A DNA stretch of 64,000 nucleotides from a virus (taxonomy: Duplodnaviria; Caudoviricetes): the IMG/VR virus record IMGVR_UViG_3300030376_007323, positions 30,010 through 94,009 of that record. The stretch is one strand, 5' to 3'. The position numbers and the translations under genes were made by a program. The notes beneath the pieces were generated by a model that was not told the origin of the DNA, did not search any database, and saw only the letters and a list, made by a program, of their open reading frames with translations. Positions 37,371 through 47,299 of this stretch are shown one piece after another (the stretch's first letter is position 1; each line of letters starts with the position of its first letter).

Positions 37371-39212
37371 TTAGGTGAAGGTTGGTTTGTTTGGTTTTCT
37401 TACCCGTATAGCTATATCTTTCTCTGGGTATCTTACTTGTAGTATCTCATCTGGTTGAGCGTAAATAGTGTCGTCAAGTAGGGCTATTTCTCTAGTGCTG
37501 TCGTTACCGTAAGGTTGTGAGGTAACTGACTGAGAGTACTGACCCCCCACTTTATTATATATTCTTAGATTAACAATGTTTAGAACACCTGGTTGATTCA
37601 TTATTTGACTTCTTAATTCACCTAATGATAGGTCTTGTCCCATTTCTATTTTATTAATATTGAAGTAGTTTGTTACTTGTTCTACCACATTACCTACTAT
37701 AGCACCAGAATTAAAAGAGTCTTCTATAATTAAATCTATCAAGAAAGATATGTCAATAACTTTAGCTGGTCCAACCACTATATAATCATTCATCATTCTA
37801 TAGTTAGATAAGTAAGTTGCTATATTATTTTTTAGTGTACTAGTAACTTCTGAGGTTAATTTGCCGTCAGGTGTGTATGATAATATATTTAGCATCACTT
37901 TATTTTCTAATTCTGTTACCCCTACTTTTGCTGGTGCACCAAACGTACTAGGCATCATACGTAACTTCGCGACATAATCATTTATTGTTACAGCCCTATT
38001 TTGTGCAGCAAAATTATAAGAAATGTAATTTCTTATTTCTTCCACAGACATAGGGTCAGCTCCACCTATAGCGGATGTTACATTGGTAACGGCTAGACTA
38101 TCTATTACTGACTGATTAATCTGTCCGTTAGGGCCAGCTACTACAAAATTTACTTTACCTACATTAGTAATAGCCCCCGCACCTAAATTAGAGACTTTAC
38201 CACCACCAATTCTATATTGTACAAATAATGTACTATTTCCTTGTACCATATTACCTAAAGCAATATTGTTCATGTATTGGGACATGTTTAGTTTCACCCC
38301 CTTTTTCGCGAAATCGTCTAGTAGGTCTTGGGATGTTTGATTACCTCCCCCAAAGGTTAAAAAGAAGTACCCTTCTGGTGTGTACTGGGTGGTAAATCTT
38401 TGATTCACTTCTAAATATTTCCCCACTTTACTACCTACCTCATCTGAAGGCATCGATGGGTCTTCCACAAAAACCTCATCTTGAGCCAAAGCTTCCACCT
38501 CATACCATTTATTATTGTTTACAGCCAGAAACTCAGCATTTGTAGGTAGTGTTTGATAACCTAGTCCTGATTTTTGCATTACTGATGTAACACCCACTAC
38601 ATTTCTTTCTGGTAAAAATAATTCATAAAAAGGTGTAGTTAAGGAATCTGTTATTTCTTTCTTGAATACCTTGGTTACACCATTAACAATAACTTCCCTT
38701 TTAACTATCGTATAGTTTTGTATGATACCATTAATATCTCTATTAGGTATTTTGGTTCTATTTACAATACCCTCCACATTATATTGAGTTGAGAAATCGC
38801 AATCATTTACTAATTCAAAGATTTGACCTGCTCCTCTAAATTGTGCACCCCTGGTTAATTTACCTAAGTACCTAAAGTCTTCTTTATCACCTAAAGCTGG
38901 TACTATGATTGATATGTCCGCTACTGTGATAGAAGGTCTGTTACCTGGTATTTTTAATCCATAAGTTTTTGCTAAATTATATAAAGAACTACGTTCTTGT
39001 GCAAATTGTAAAGTTGTTTCTTGAAAGGTTCTATCTATTTGAAAATTAAGATTATCGGTTACTGCCGCATTTAAATCTAGAAATAAGGAATAGATTGACG
39101 CGTCGTTAGCGTTTTTAATTAGGTCTGGGTAATAGGTATTTGTAAGTCTTAGTAATTCGTTTCTTACACCTAGAAAATCTCTTTCAGTATATGATATTTT
39201 TTTTTCTGCCAT
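37371..39212 (-). CDS. Baseplate wedge subunit (T4 gp6/baseplate J-like)
   Basis: YTERDF..YYPD; AQERSSLYNLAKTYG; GGAD..EEIR..AQNRAVTINDY. Confidence 0.85.
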   Translation of the reverse strand: MAEKKISYTERDFLGVRNELLRLTNTYYPDLIKNANDASIYSLFLDLNAAVTDNLNFQIDRTFQETTLQFAQERSSLYNLAKTYGLKIPGNRPSITVADISIIVPALGDKEDFRYLGKLTRGAQFRGAGQIFELVNDCDFSTQYNVEGIVNRTKIPNRDINGIIQNYTIVKREVIVNGVTKVFKKEITDSLTTPFYELFLPERNVVGVTSVMQKSGLGYQTLPTNAEFLAVNNNKWYEVEALAQDEVFVEDPSMPSDEVGSKVGKYLEVNQRFTTQYTPEGYFFLTFGGGNQTSQDLLDDFAKKGVKLNMSQYMNNIALGNMVQGNSTLFVQYRIGGGKVSNLGAGAITNVGKVNFVVAGPNGQINQSVIDSLAVTNVTSAIGGADPMSVEEIRNYISYNFAAQNRAVTINDYVAKLRMMPSTFGAPAKVGVTELENKVMLNILSYTPDGKLTSEVTSTLKNNIATYLSNYRMMNDYIVVGPAKVIDISFLIDLIIEDSFNSGAIVGNVVEQVTNYFNINKIEMGQDLSLGELRSQIMNQPGVLNIVNLRIYNKVGGQYSQSVTSQPYGNDSTREIALLDDTIYAQPDEILQVRYPEKDIAIRVRKPNKPTFT

Positions 39213-39213
39213 C

Positions 39214-39672
39214 TTATAAATTTATTATAACAAAATCTTTAGTTTCAAAAAATCCATCTCCCGCACTATAATCAATTCGTACTCTCATAGTATATTCTCT
39301 TTCATCTTCCCCAATAAAACTAAAATTATTATCGTTTATATCTTCAGAAGTATTATTTTTTTCTTCCAATCTTATATCTTCCGCGGTTTTAATATCGATA
39401 TCATTAATCACCAAATTAGGCATAAATTTTTCTACCGCTTCTTTAATTTCATTATTAATACCTACCCTTGTTGTTGTATCCATAGGTTCATAAATATACT
39501 TCATCAAATTTGTACCAAAATCTGGTAAAAAATATCTAGTACCCTTAAGGGTTAGAATTAAATGTATTAGACTAGACTTCACCTCAGAATCGGTAGTACT
39601 GTTTAATCCTAGAAAGAATCCTTCGTTACTATCCGTAAATGGAAATGTTATACCGTACTTTTGATTAGGCAT
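39214..39672 (-). CDS. Baseplate wedge/sheath initiator (T4 gp25-like)
   Basis: GITFPF; LILTLKGTRYFLPDFGTNL..YEP. Confidence 0.85.
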   Translation of the reverse strand: MPNQKYGITFPFTDSNEGFFLGLNSTTDSEVKSSLIHLILTLKGTRYFLPDFGTNLMKYIYEPMDTTTRVGINNEIKEAVEKFMPNLVINDIDIKTAEDIRLEEKNNTSEDINDNNFSFIGEDEREYTMRVRIDYSAGDGFFETKDFVIINL

Positions 39673-39726
39673 GCTTTTTTTATAATAAATACTTCAAAGA
39701 TTAATTTGGGTGTGATATGTGCCTTC

Positions 39727-39939
39727 TTATTTATTATTTAACTGTTTATTAGTTTTTTGGTGTTTAGGGGTGTAGGGGCAATGTTTGCATCCATTGCCAC
39801 AACAACTACCTCTTCTTTTATGATAATCTTCTGTCATTACCATCATACCATTTTCCCAATAAAAATCTTTACCTTGTAGTTTAGGCTTTAGAAATTCTTT
39901 ATAGTGTAGTTCACTAATCCAGTCATCACTTCTCCTCAT
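39727..39939 (-). CDS. DUF5522-like small Cys-rich protein
   Basis: DFYWENGMMVMTEDYHKRRGSCCGNGCKHCPY. Confidence 0.75.
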   Translation of the reverse strand: MRRSDDWISELHYKEFLKPKLQGKDFYWENGMMVMTEDYHKRRGSCCGNGCKHCPYTPKHQKTNKQLNNK

Positions 39940-40099
39940 TTTTCACTTCTTTTATTTCTTCATTATGTCCACAGTGGGGACATGTTATTAACATAGGTAC
40001 ATTATTAGAAAACAAATGGTAGTCAGCAATTGACCACCATTTATTACATTTACCACAATTAAAATGGTATAAAACTTCTTTACTAAATTTATGCTTCAT
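39926..40099 (-). CDS. 57-aa zinc-ribbon/rubredoxin-like protein, missed by ORF track
   Basis: Manual translation MKHKFSKEVLYHFNCGKCNKWWSIADYHLFSNNVPMLITCPHCGHNEEIKEVKNEEK; fills the gap and overlaps both neighbours. Confidence 0.8.
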   Translation of the reverse strand: MKHKFSKEVLYHFNCGKCNKWWSIADYHLFSNNVPMLITCPHCGHNEEIKEVKNEEK

Positions 40100-41993
40100 C
40101 CAATTCTTTTTCTTCTTTCATAGATTTTAAATCAACATCTATCTCACAAGTACCACCCGCACAAGCTAATTCACCAGTTAAGTTTGTATTATCATCTAAC
40201 TCAACAACCATACTCAAATTAACGTCTTTTAAAGATTCCATCATTTCTTCATATTGTTCTTTAGTAATATCTTCAAAAGGAGCTTGGGTATACGTCCCAC
40301 CATTATATGGTAATACGGAAAGTCCGTTATATGATTTTCTATTTTCCCACATCCATTCTCCAGCTGCATCCCATTCATGTTCTCTTAAAGAAATAGTCGC
40401 GGAAACATTATGAGAGTTTGAGCCGTTTCTGTGTCCAGCTTTTACCCATTCAGTAGCAACTTTTTTAACTCTTTCTAGTAGTTGGAATGGGGATTCTGTT
40501 CTCATTATAGAACCTTCTGGTGCTTTTTGTGGTATACTAATAACAGCAGTATCATGTGCTCTGAAAAATTCGTCCTCAACTAACTCTGGGTGATTATCAT
40601 TTAGATATTTGTATATCGCTTCATTTTTACCAACCCTAATCCTTCTAATGTAATAATCATTATGCCAAGCGTGAATACCTGATGAAGTTCCTAATGTTAA
40701 TGATGTTGTTCCTGCTGGTTTAACTGTTGTACATCTTGCTGATTGATTTATTCCTATCAATTTAGATACTCTAGTATTTTCTCTTTTTACTAGACTAGCA
40801 GCTTTTGACATGTCGTAATTCAATACTTTTCCTGAACCTATCCCTGTCATTGAAACACCAATAAGTGCATCTTTTTCGGTTGTTTCTTGCCATACTTCTC
40901 TTAAATAGTGGAATGAAGTATATCCTGCCTGAAGTGTTCCAATAAAAGCAGCTACTTTTACTCTTTCATTTAAATCTTCTTGTGATTCTATGTTTGAAAC
41001 ATTTACCTCACAAAGATTACAAAATTGATTTGGTCTTAGTGCAATTTCACAACAAGGGTTGGTCCCCCAGTCTTTATCGTTATTAAGATATATACCTGGT
41101 TCTCCAGCACCTGATAATTCGACACGCTTCCAAAGATTCATAAAAAATTCTTTTGTGATTTTATGTCTCATTAAACATGCTGAATTATTTGCTCTACCAC
41201 GTTGTGGGTTTAGTTCCCACCAATTACCTGATTTACACCCAATCATTTGTTCGTCATCAGCACTAAATAACGATATAAGTGCTGCACGGCGAATACCACC
41301 GGCCAATACGGCGTCAGCGATATGACATACGATATCGTGTACTTCAATAGTTGTAAGTTGTTCTCCATTTTCTTTTTGGTTTAATAGACCTTCTATCTTA
41401 ACCAAACATTCTTTTAGTGGTTGAGGTCCTGGTGCTTTACCACCTGATGTTATTAATCTAGCTCCTTTTGGTCTGATATCAGAGTAATCAAATTCCACTC
41501 TGGAACCACCACCATTCATGTATGTTTTCATAAGAACTTTAATTGCGTCAGCCCAACCTTCTATACTATCACCAATTAAAAATCTTTTTTTTCTTTTTTG
41601 GTATGGTTTTTGTATTACCGGTAATTTAGCTACGTGGTGTCTCTGGACTGAATATCCAACACCTGTCCCACCCAACAATAAAAACATTGTTTCACTAAAT
41701 GAATCAATATGTTCTATAGGTAGATACGCACAATTATAGATTCTATTCGGTGAGATTTCAATTGGTTTACCTCCGAACTGCATACTCCTCATCGAGGGTA
41801 GTACTTTTTTATCATAAACCAATTTATATTTTTGTTCTATTTCTTCTTTTAGGTTTGGGTATTTTTTAATATGCATTTTTTTATTTCGGGTAACTAATTC
41901 CTCCCACGTTTCTCTTCTATTTAGTTCCGGTATATACTTAGCATACTTCATGTAAACAGTAATATCCGACAGAATCTTATTTGATACTTCCAT
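40089..41993 (-). CDS. nrdJ: Class II (adenosylcobalamin-dependent) ribonucleotide reductase, RTPR-type
   Basis: PSMR, YNCAY, GGTGVG, TNPCCEI, TTVKPAGTTS, C-terminal ACAGGTCE; no NrdB in window. Confidence 0.9.
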   Translation of the reverse strand: MEVSNKILSDITVYMKYAKYIPELNRRETWEELVTRNKKMHIKKYPNLKEEIEQKYKLVYDKKVLPSMRSMQFGGKPIEISPNRIYNCAYLPIEHIDSFSETMFLLLGGTGVGYSVQRHHVAKLPVIQKPYQKRKKRFLIGDSIEGWADAIKVLMKTYMNGGGSRVEFDYSDIRPKGARLITSGGKAPGPQPLKECLVKIEGLLNQKENGEQLTTIEVHDIVCHIADAVLAGGIRRAALISLFSADDEQMIGCKSGNWWELNPQRGRANNSACLMRHKITKEFFMNLWKRVELSGAGEPGIYLNNDKDWGTNPCCEIALRPNQFCNLCEVNVSNIESQEDLNERVKVAAFIGTLQAGYTSFHYLREVWQETTEKDALIGVSMTGIGSGKVLNYDMSKAASLVKRENTRVSKLIGINQSARCTTVKPAGTTSLTLGTSSGIHAWHNDYYIRRIRVGKNEAIYKYLNDNHPELVEDEFFRAHDTAVISIPQKAPEGSIMRTESPFQLLERVKKVATEWVKAGHRNGSNSHNVSATISLREHEWDAAGEWMWENRKSYNGLSVLPYNGGTYTQAPFEDITKEQYEEMMESLKDVNLSMVVELDDNTNLTGELACAGGTCEIDVDLKSMKEEKELDEA

Positions 41994-42007
41994 ATTTGTA
42001 CTTTTTA

Positions 42008-43387
42008 TTAATTATTTTTATTTATTATTTGTTCTCTTCTTTGTAGAGCTCTTGCGACTCTTTCTCTGTTTCTATTAGTTTTTTCTTCCTCGAAACCAAG
42101 GAATGTTTGTGTAGTTTCGGTATCGATTTCTAGTGTACCATTATCAAATTTACAATTTTCAAAAATAATACCATCTTTTCCAAGTCTAGATTTAACGATA
42201 GCTATTGTAGCTAACCCCAATTCTTTCTGTTGTAGTGTTTTTGCCACTGATATTATAACGTGACCTACTTGTGCTTTTTTAATAGAACCACCCATCTGGT
42301 CTGTAGTAACCACTTCCGCAGCGATAGAACTCCTATTACCCTGGGTTGCAGTCCAACCAGCTATATCTAATTCATGACACATACCTTCAAATTTTCTCAT
42401 AACAGAACCCTCACCTTTCCATTCATCATTAAAAGACCTATCCGGTAGTATACAATCTATATAATCTATTAACACTATATCTATTTTAGTTCCTTCTGAA
42501 ATAATTTTTCTAACTTGATTTTTAATCTGTAGAATGGTCATTTCGTCTGATGGTAATTTTTTAAGTATTAGTCTACCACCAGTCTTTTTCATTTCATCTG
42601 CCTTATCTAAAACTGTTTCTTTATGTTCAGATAATTCATCATTAGGTATTCCAGTCCAACACGTAAAATGTTTTCTTTGTATAATTTTAGGGTTATCTTC
42701 AAAAAATATCTGTAATACATTGTACCCCATATTAAATGCTGTATTTGCAAATCTAGTTAACATAGTTGTTTTACCAACACCTGTAGGAGCCAATACAACA
42801 CCGATTTCTCCTTTCGCTAAACCACCATTTAGTATATTATCTAAACCGTCTACCCCGGTTGGGATTGGGTGTCTATAATCTTCCTCTAGTAATTTTTCTA
42901 GTTCTGTGAATATTTCAAAGCTTCCTACGTCACCGTCACCGATTTTAATAGCATCCCTAATTAATTCTTCACACTTATCATAATTTTCAAAGTCACCTTT
43001 TTCCATTATGTTTTCAACTTTTGTTATAGCTTTTTTTAACTCTTGTTGTTTACAAAAATTTAATGATTTTTCTTTAATAAAAAGATGGTCTTCAAAAGAA
43101 GCTTCTTTAATTTCTTTTAACATATCAAAGATATATTTTTGTGCCATCTCCGAAGAAATCTCTATACGTGTTAGTTGGTCTAGTGCATCAAATGATGGTG
43201 CCGTTTGGTATTTTTCATAGTACTCCTTAATCAGTTGCATAACTAATTTAAAATATTGATTGTCAAAATATTTAGACTGAATCGCATCTATAATTGTATT
43301 AAAGAATGGATTATCTGTTATTATTAAATTGATTAGTTTTAGCTGAAAGGAATGTCCTAAATACCCAAAATTTTTTCTATCACTCAT
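42008..43387 (-). CDS. dnaB: Replicative DNA helicase (DnaB/T4 gp41-like)
   Basis: APTGVGKT Walker A; IDYID; WTATQGNR; KSRLG. Confidence 0.9.
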   Translation of the reverse strand: MSDRKNFGYLGHSFQLKLINLIITDNPFFNTIIDAIQSKYFDNQYFKLVMQLIKEYYEKYQTAPSFDALDQLTRIEISSEMAQKYIFDMLKEIKEASFEDHLFIKEKSLNFCKQQELKKAITKVENIMEKGDFENYDKCEELIRDAIKIGDGDVGSFEIFTELEKLLEEDYRHPIPTGVDGLDNILNGGLAKGEIGVVLAPTGVGKTTMLTRFANTAFNMGYNVLQIFFEDNPKIIQRKHFTCWTGIPNDELSEHKETVLDKADEMKKTGGRLILKKLPSDEMTILQIKNQVRKIISEGTKIDIVLIDYIDCILPDRSFNDEWKGEGSVMRKFEGMCHELDIAGWTATQGNRSSIAAEVVTTDQMGGSIKKAQVGHVIISVAKTLQQKELGLATIAIVKSRLGKDGIIFENCKFDNGTLEIDTETTQTFLGFEEEKTNRNRERVARALQRREQIINKNN

Positions 43388-43413
43388 TTATAATTTCTTT
43401 TTTAATAAATACC

Positions 43414-43857
43414 TTATTCACTTACAAGTAAGCTATAATCTTGGTAGTTTGTTATAACTTTTCTTGTTGACAGTGTATATGTCAGTTCCCTTAATATTTG
43501 AGATATTTGTGGTCTAATGTCTACAGTGTATCTAACTTTTGGGGGATAGAGGTCGGCACGGAAGTTTCTATGGTATACAGAGTGTTTTCCTTTTTTAATT
43601 GTTATCGTAAAATACTCTTCTTTTTGTTCGAGTTCCGCAGCGTTCTCTTTATAATTACTTTCTAATAAAAATAAAGTTTTTAATTTTAATTCATCAATTA
43701 TTTCATCCACAATAGATGTTACGGTATGGTGTAAATTTAATGAATTAGTAGCCTTATTGTTAAAATTTCTGACACTAAAGAATCTTTGGCATACTATATT
43801 GTCCTCTAGTTTTAGTAAAAATTCACATTTTTGTGTATTGTCTGTTCTTGTTTTCAT
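43414..43857 (-). CDS. Hypothetical protein
   Basis: 147-aa ORF in the replication operon. Confidence 0.65.
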   Translation of the reverse strand: MKTRTDNTQKCEFLLKLEDNIVCQRFFSVRNFNNKATNSLNLHHTVTSIVDEIIDELKLKTLFLLESNYKENAAELEQKEEYFTITIKKGKHSVYHRNFRADLYPPKVRYTVDIRPQISQILRELTYTLSTRKVITNYQDYSLLVSE

Positions 43858-43858
43858 A

Positions 43859-44872
43859 TTAATTATTTTTGTTTTTATAAAAATCTTTTTCTATCCTACT
43901 TAATCTTAAAAATGGTCTAACGAAATCCACCCAAGAATCATCTTTCTTTGGTAAAATATTAAGAATTCCATCTGACATCATCAAGCCTAAAGCGTTTTTC
44001 CAATGTCTCCCTTCGGGGTCTATTGCTTCTTTAGCTAATTCTTTTATACCTTTAATTGCTTGAGGTGTTAAGAACTGTTTTCCCACACCAACTATTTTGT
44101 AATTTGTGTGTAATAAATTTTCATTATTTATTGTTTGATTTGTTTTTTGACTAACTCCTTTGAGGATGTTTTCCTCTTTTTTGGTTTTTTTATCTTTTTC
44201 TGTGATACTGGTAATTAGTTCTTTAAGGGTAACTTCTTCTTCCAGTATTGGTGGGTATATTTTAATTAGTGATTTAATCCCTACCATTTTTATACCATAG
44301 ATATTGTCGGAGGAGTCACCACATATAGTTTTTGCAAGTCTTACATTAGTGTGTGGTATATACACACCATTTAATGGTACTTTTTCACCAGATTTAAAAA
44401 GTTTATTTAATGAAATTATATGTGTAGATACCTTAGTACTTATTAACTGTAGTAAGTCCCTATCGGAAGTAAGTATTATAATTTCTTCGTTTGGGGATTG
44501 GTTACAGTAATAAGCTATACAGTCATCAGCTTCACAATTATCAAAAGTAGCATGTCTAACGTATAGTTCTTCTAAATATTCTTGTGTACGGATTTTCTGT
44601 CTACTATATGAAGCCAGTTCATCTGTAGATTTAGTTTTCAATCTTCTATTAAGTTTATATTCTGGATAAAATTCTATACGTGGTTTAATATTATCTTTTC
44701 CATCCCAAAAAACAACTATTTTACTTATAAAATATGCGTCTATATGTTTTCTCAGGGTGTTTAAAAAATGATATAAACCACCTATATGTTCATCACCATT
44801 ATATAAATTTTTGATACCATGAAAGCCTGTGTTTAATAAGGAATTTCCATCCACTAACAAAGTACGGGTCAC
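43859..44872 (-). CDS. 5'-3' exonuclease/flap endonuclease (T4 RNase H/PolA N-terminal-like)
   Basis: LLVDGN, YKLNR, EADDCIA, SDRDLLQL, GDSSDNIYGI. Confidence 0.9.
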   Translation of the reverse strand: MTRTLLVDGNSLLNTGFHGIKNLYNGDEHIGGLYHFLNTLRKHIDAYFISKIVVFWDGKDNIKPRIEFYPEYKLNRRLKTKSTDELASYSRQKIRTQEYLEELYVRHATFDNCEADDCIAYYCNQSPNEEIIILTSDRDLLQLISTKVSTHIISLNKLFKSGEKVPLNGVYIPHTNVRLAKTICGDSSDNIYGIKMVGIKSLIKIYPPILEEEVTLKELITSITEKDKKTKKEENILKGVSQKTNQTINNENLLHTNYKIVGVGKQFLTPQAIKGIKELAKEAIDPEGRHWKNALGLMMSDGILNILPKKDDSWVDFVRPFLRLSRIEKDFYKNKNN

Positions 44873-44900
44873 ATTATTAATTTAAAGGGTTAAACAATTT

Positions 44901-45335
44901 TTACTGTACTACTTCTAACAATTCAATTTCAAAATTTAAATCTTCTCCAGCTAAAGGGTGGTTTAAGTCTAAATTGATTGAGTCGTCCTCAATCTTAATA
45001 ATTTGTCCTTGTACAGGTCTACCTTGGTTGTCTTGTCCTTGCACAAACCCATTCATTTCAAATTGCATCGCTGGTGGAAATTCTTCTTTTTTAACTGTTA
45101 TCACAGCTTCTGTTACATACTCACCATAAGCTTCTGGTGCTTTGATGTTGATTGTAGCTTTTTCCCCAACCCCTAAATCTTTAACCGCATCATTAAATCC
45201 TTTTAGTAAGTTACCATCATCAATGGCAAATTCTAAACCTTCTCCACGGTCTCTTGAGTTATCAAATTGTGAACCATCTTTTAATGTACCGATGTAGTGT
45301 ACCTTTACTTTATCTCCTGTTTTTAATTTAGTCAT
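44901..45335 (-). CDS. slyD: FKBP-type peptidyl-prolyl isomerase (SlyD/SlpA-like, no His-rich tail)
   Basis: VKVHYIGTLKDGSQFDNS; PEAYG; insert-in-flap domain; DLNHPLAGEDLNFEI. Confidence 0.9.
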   Translation of the reverse strand: MTKLKTGDKVKVHYIGTLKDGSQFDNSRDRGEGLEFAIDDGNLLKGFNDAVKDLGVGEKATINIKAPEAYGEYVTEAVITVKKEEFPPAMQFEMNGFVQGQDNQGRPVQGQIIKIEDDSINLDLNHPLAGEDLNFEIELLEVVQ

Positions 45336-46332
45336 TTTCTTTTTCTATTTTTAAGTCGAAATCACCACCAATACCTAATTGTTCAGACCAAAAGGTAGCG
45401 TTTTCTTGTTTATACTTTTCTATTGATTTTTTTTCTTCACTGGCTTCTCTCCCAGCAATAAAGCCATGAGGGGTTATTAATATTTTACCATCCTCATAAC
45501 CTAAACCATTAACATGATTCTTCATAATGGTTATTTTTGTTCTAGTAGCAAATTTTACTTTTCTTTTTTCTTTAACTGCGGTAATATTTGTTGTCCCACC
45601 ATTTTTTTGATTTCCAAATCTAAATACTAAAGTAGAGTTTAACCATAATGATTCCCCTCCTTTTGCTTTAATTTTTGGTTGACCAAATGGGTTGTCTGGT
45701 AATTCTACCCATGGTTGATTGACTACCACAAGCGTATTGGTATATTTGGAATCTTGTCTCCTAGATTTACCTATTCTTTGGTTTAGTCCCATACCTATTT
45801 TATCAGCTAGTGTGGCAGCGTTATGCATTTTACCACCCTTACCATCAAAGGTCATCTTACAGGGTACTGAACCAACAGAATCCCACAAAAATAACAAATC
45901 ATATTCTAATTCACCTTTATCTTGTGCATCAAGTAATGTATTAATGTAGTCTGTAATTTCTTCGATATACTGAAAGTCATTGTTAAATAGAAAAAACCCA
46001 TCCCAATCTATTTCTCCAGTAGTTTTATCTACAACTTCTTCACAATCAAAACCTAAAAGTTTTGCGTGTTCAAATCCCCATTTTTGTTCTGTAATAATTA
46101 AAACAGGAAGAATTCCTTTTTTTTGTGCATCTACGGCAGCTTTTATTAAAGCGGTTGTCTTACCAGTATCCGAATGCCCCAAAAACATTTGTAAATGTCC
46201 CATGGCTGGTCCTGGTAAACCTGTAGCATCAAGGAAAGCTTTCCCTAAATCAAAAAATCTTTCTGGTTTAAAGTTAGCTTTCTTTGAGAACTTGTTTTTT
46301 AAGTCGGAAAATGTTCTTTTTTTCAATGCCAT
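45328..46332 (-). CDS. recA: RecA/UvsX-like recombinase
   Basis: GHSDTGKT Walker A; LWDSVGS Walker B; VVNQ; KGGE; KNHV. Confidence 0.85.
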   Translation of the reverse strand: MALKKRTFSDLKNKFSKKANFKPERFFDLGKAFLDATGLPGPAMGHLQMFLGHSDTGKTTALIKAAVDAQKKGILPVLIITEQKWGFEHAKLLGFDCEEVVDKTTGEIDWDGFFLFNNDFQYIEEITDYINTLLDAQDKGELEYDLLFLWDSVGSVPCKMTFDGKGGKMHNAATLADKIGMGLNQRIGKSRRQDSKYTNTLVVVNQPWVELPDNPFGQPKIKAKGGESLWLNSTLVFRFGNQKNGGTTNITAVKEKRKVKFATRTKITIMKNHVNGLGYEDGKILITPHGFIAGREASEEKKSIEKYKQENATFWSEQLGIGGDFDLKIEKEND

Positions 46333-46341
46333 ATCTCCTAA

Positions 46342-47208
46342 TTAAAATGGTAAATCTTCGTCTTGTGGGTCGTTTGCTTGTGGGTCACTACTACCTAAAG
46401 TTGTTGTTTGGGTGGTATTTTGTACCGCGTTAGGGTCATCATAAACATATTTCTTTAGTTCTGAGTCCCAAACTGGGTCTAATCCTTTTGAAATTGCTTC
46501 TAGATATTCCACTGGTTTTTGTGAATAAACATCTTTCCATGTTCTTTCATCTCCTGTCCATTCTTTTACTTTATCAGCATCTTCTGATAATTTTCCAGGG
46601 TCTTCATACATAACAGAAGATACTGTTGTGTATTCACCTCTACCACCTGGTAATGGTACCGCCTGTAGAATTAAGATAAGGTCTCTTCCTTCATTAATAT
46701 CTGTTACATCACCTTTATTTCTCCAGATTGGAATAATTTTGTCGATTGGTCCGTCACCTTTCCAATTATGTTTAAATCTCCAAAATTTAACACCATCTTC
46801 TTCATTATCTCTATCCACAACTTTTACAATGTAGAATTTTTGTGAACGATAAGAACGTGCTAATTCTTTTGATTGTGCGTCACCAGCTAACCTTAAAGCT
46901 TCTTCAACTTCATTTAATGGACTTCTTTCACCGGATGGTTTTCCAGTTTCATCTTTTCCTGGGTCATAAAGTTTTTGCCACCTTCCCTGTACTTGTACAT
47001 TGTGGAAAAATACTTCTTTAAATGGTGATGAACCGTCTGTTGTCGGTACTATTCTGATTCTTTTTTCTCCTGATTTTGTTCCTTTTGGTAACATAATGGA
47101 AAGATATTGTTTCATTCTTTCTTCTGATGTCATTTGTGGTTTTGTGGAACCACCACTTTGTTTGTTTTTCTCGTATTGAGCTAAAACTGCGTCTAGACTA
47201 TTACTCAT
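46342..47208 (-). CDS. Single-stranded DNA-binding protein (T4 gp32-like) with bacterial-type DLPF tail
   Basis: IRIVP..PFKEVFFH; VVDRD..GVKFWRF; D..EGRDL; ends DEDLPF; next to recA. Confidence 0.75.
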   Translation of the reverse strand: MSNSLDAVLAQYEKNKQSGGSTKPQMTSEERMKQYLSIMLPKGTKSGEKRIRIVPTTDGSSPFKEVFFHNVQVQGRWQKLYDPGKDETGKPSGERSPLNEVEEALRLAGDAQSKELARSYRSQKFYIVKVVDRDNEEDGVKFWRFKHNWKGDGPIDKIIPIWRNKGDVTDINEGRDLILILQAVPLPGGRGEYTTVSSVMYEDPGKLSEDADKVKEWTGDERTWKDVYSQKPVEYLEAISKGLDPVWDSELKKYVYDDPNAVQNTTQTTTLGSSDPQANDPQDEDLPF

Positions 47209-47250
47209 AAATTTTATTTTTTAAACATTATTAATTGATAAATATATGTC

Positions 47251-47282
47251 TAAAGATAAGAATATAATATTAGTATGTCAAA
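47251..47282 (-). promoter_or_regulatory. Host-RNAP promoter for the ssb-recA replication block
   Basis: Sense TTTG-N20-TATCTTTA (also TTGACA-N17-TATCTT); followed by TATTTAT at 47238-47244. Confidence 0.6.
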
Positions 47283-47299
47283 TGTATTGGTGGGTAATT

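Noticed and set aside
40089-46332. Inteins or introns in RNR, helicase or RecA
   Set aside because: Lengths are normal; no splice-junction or homing-endonuclease motifs seen
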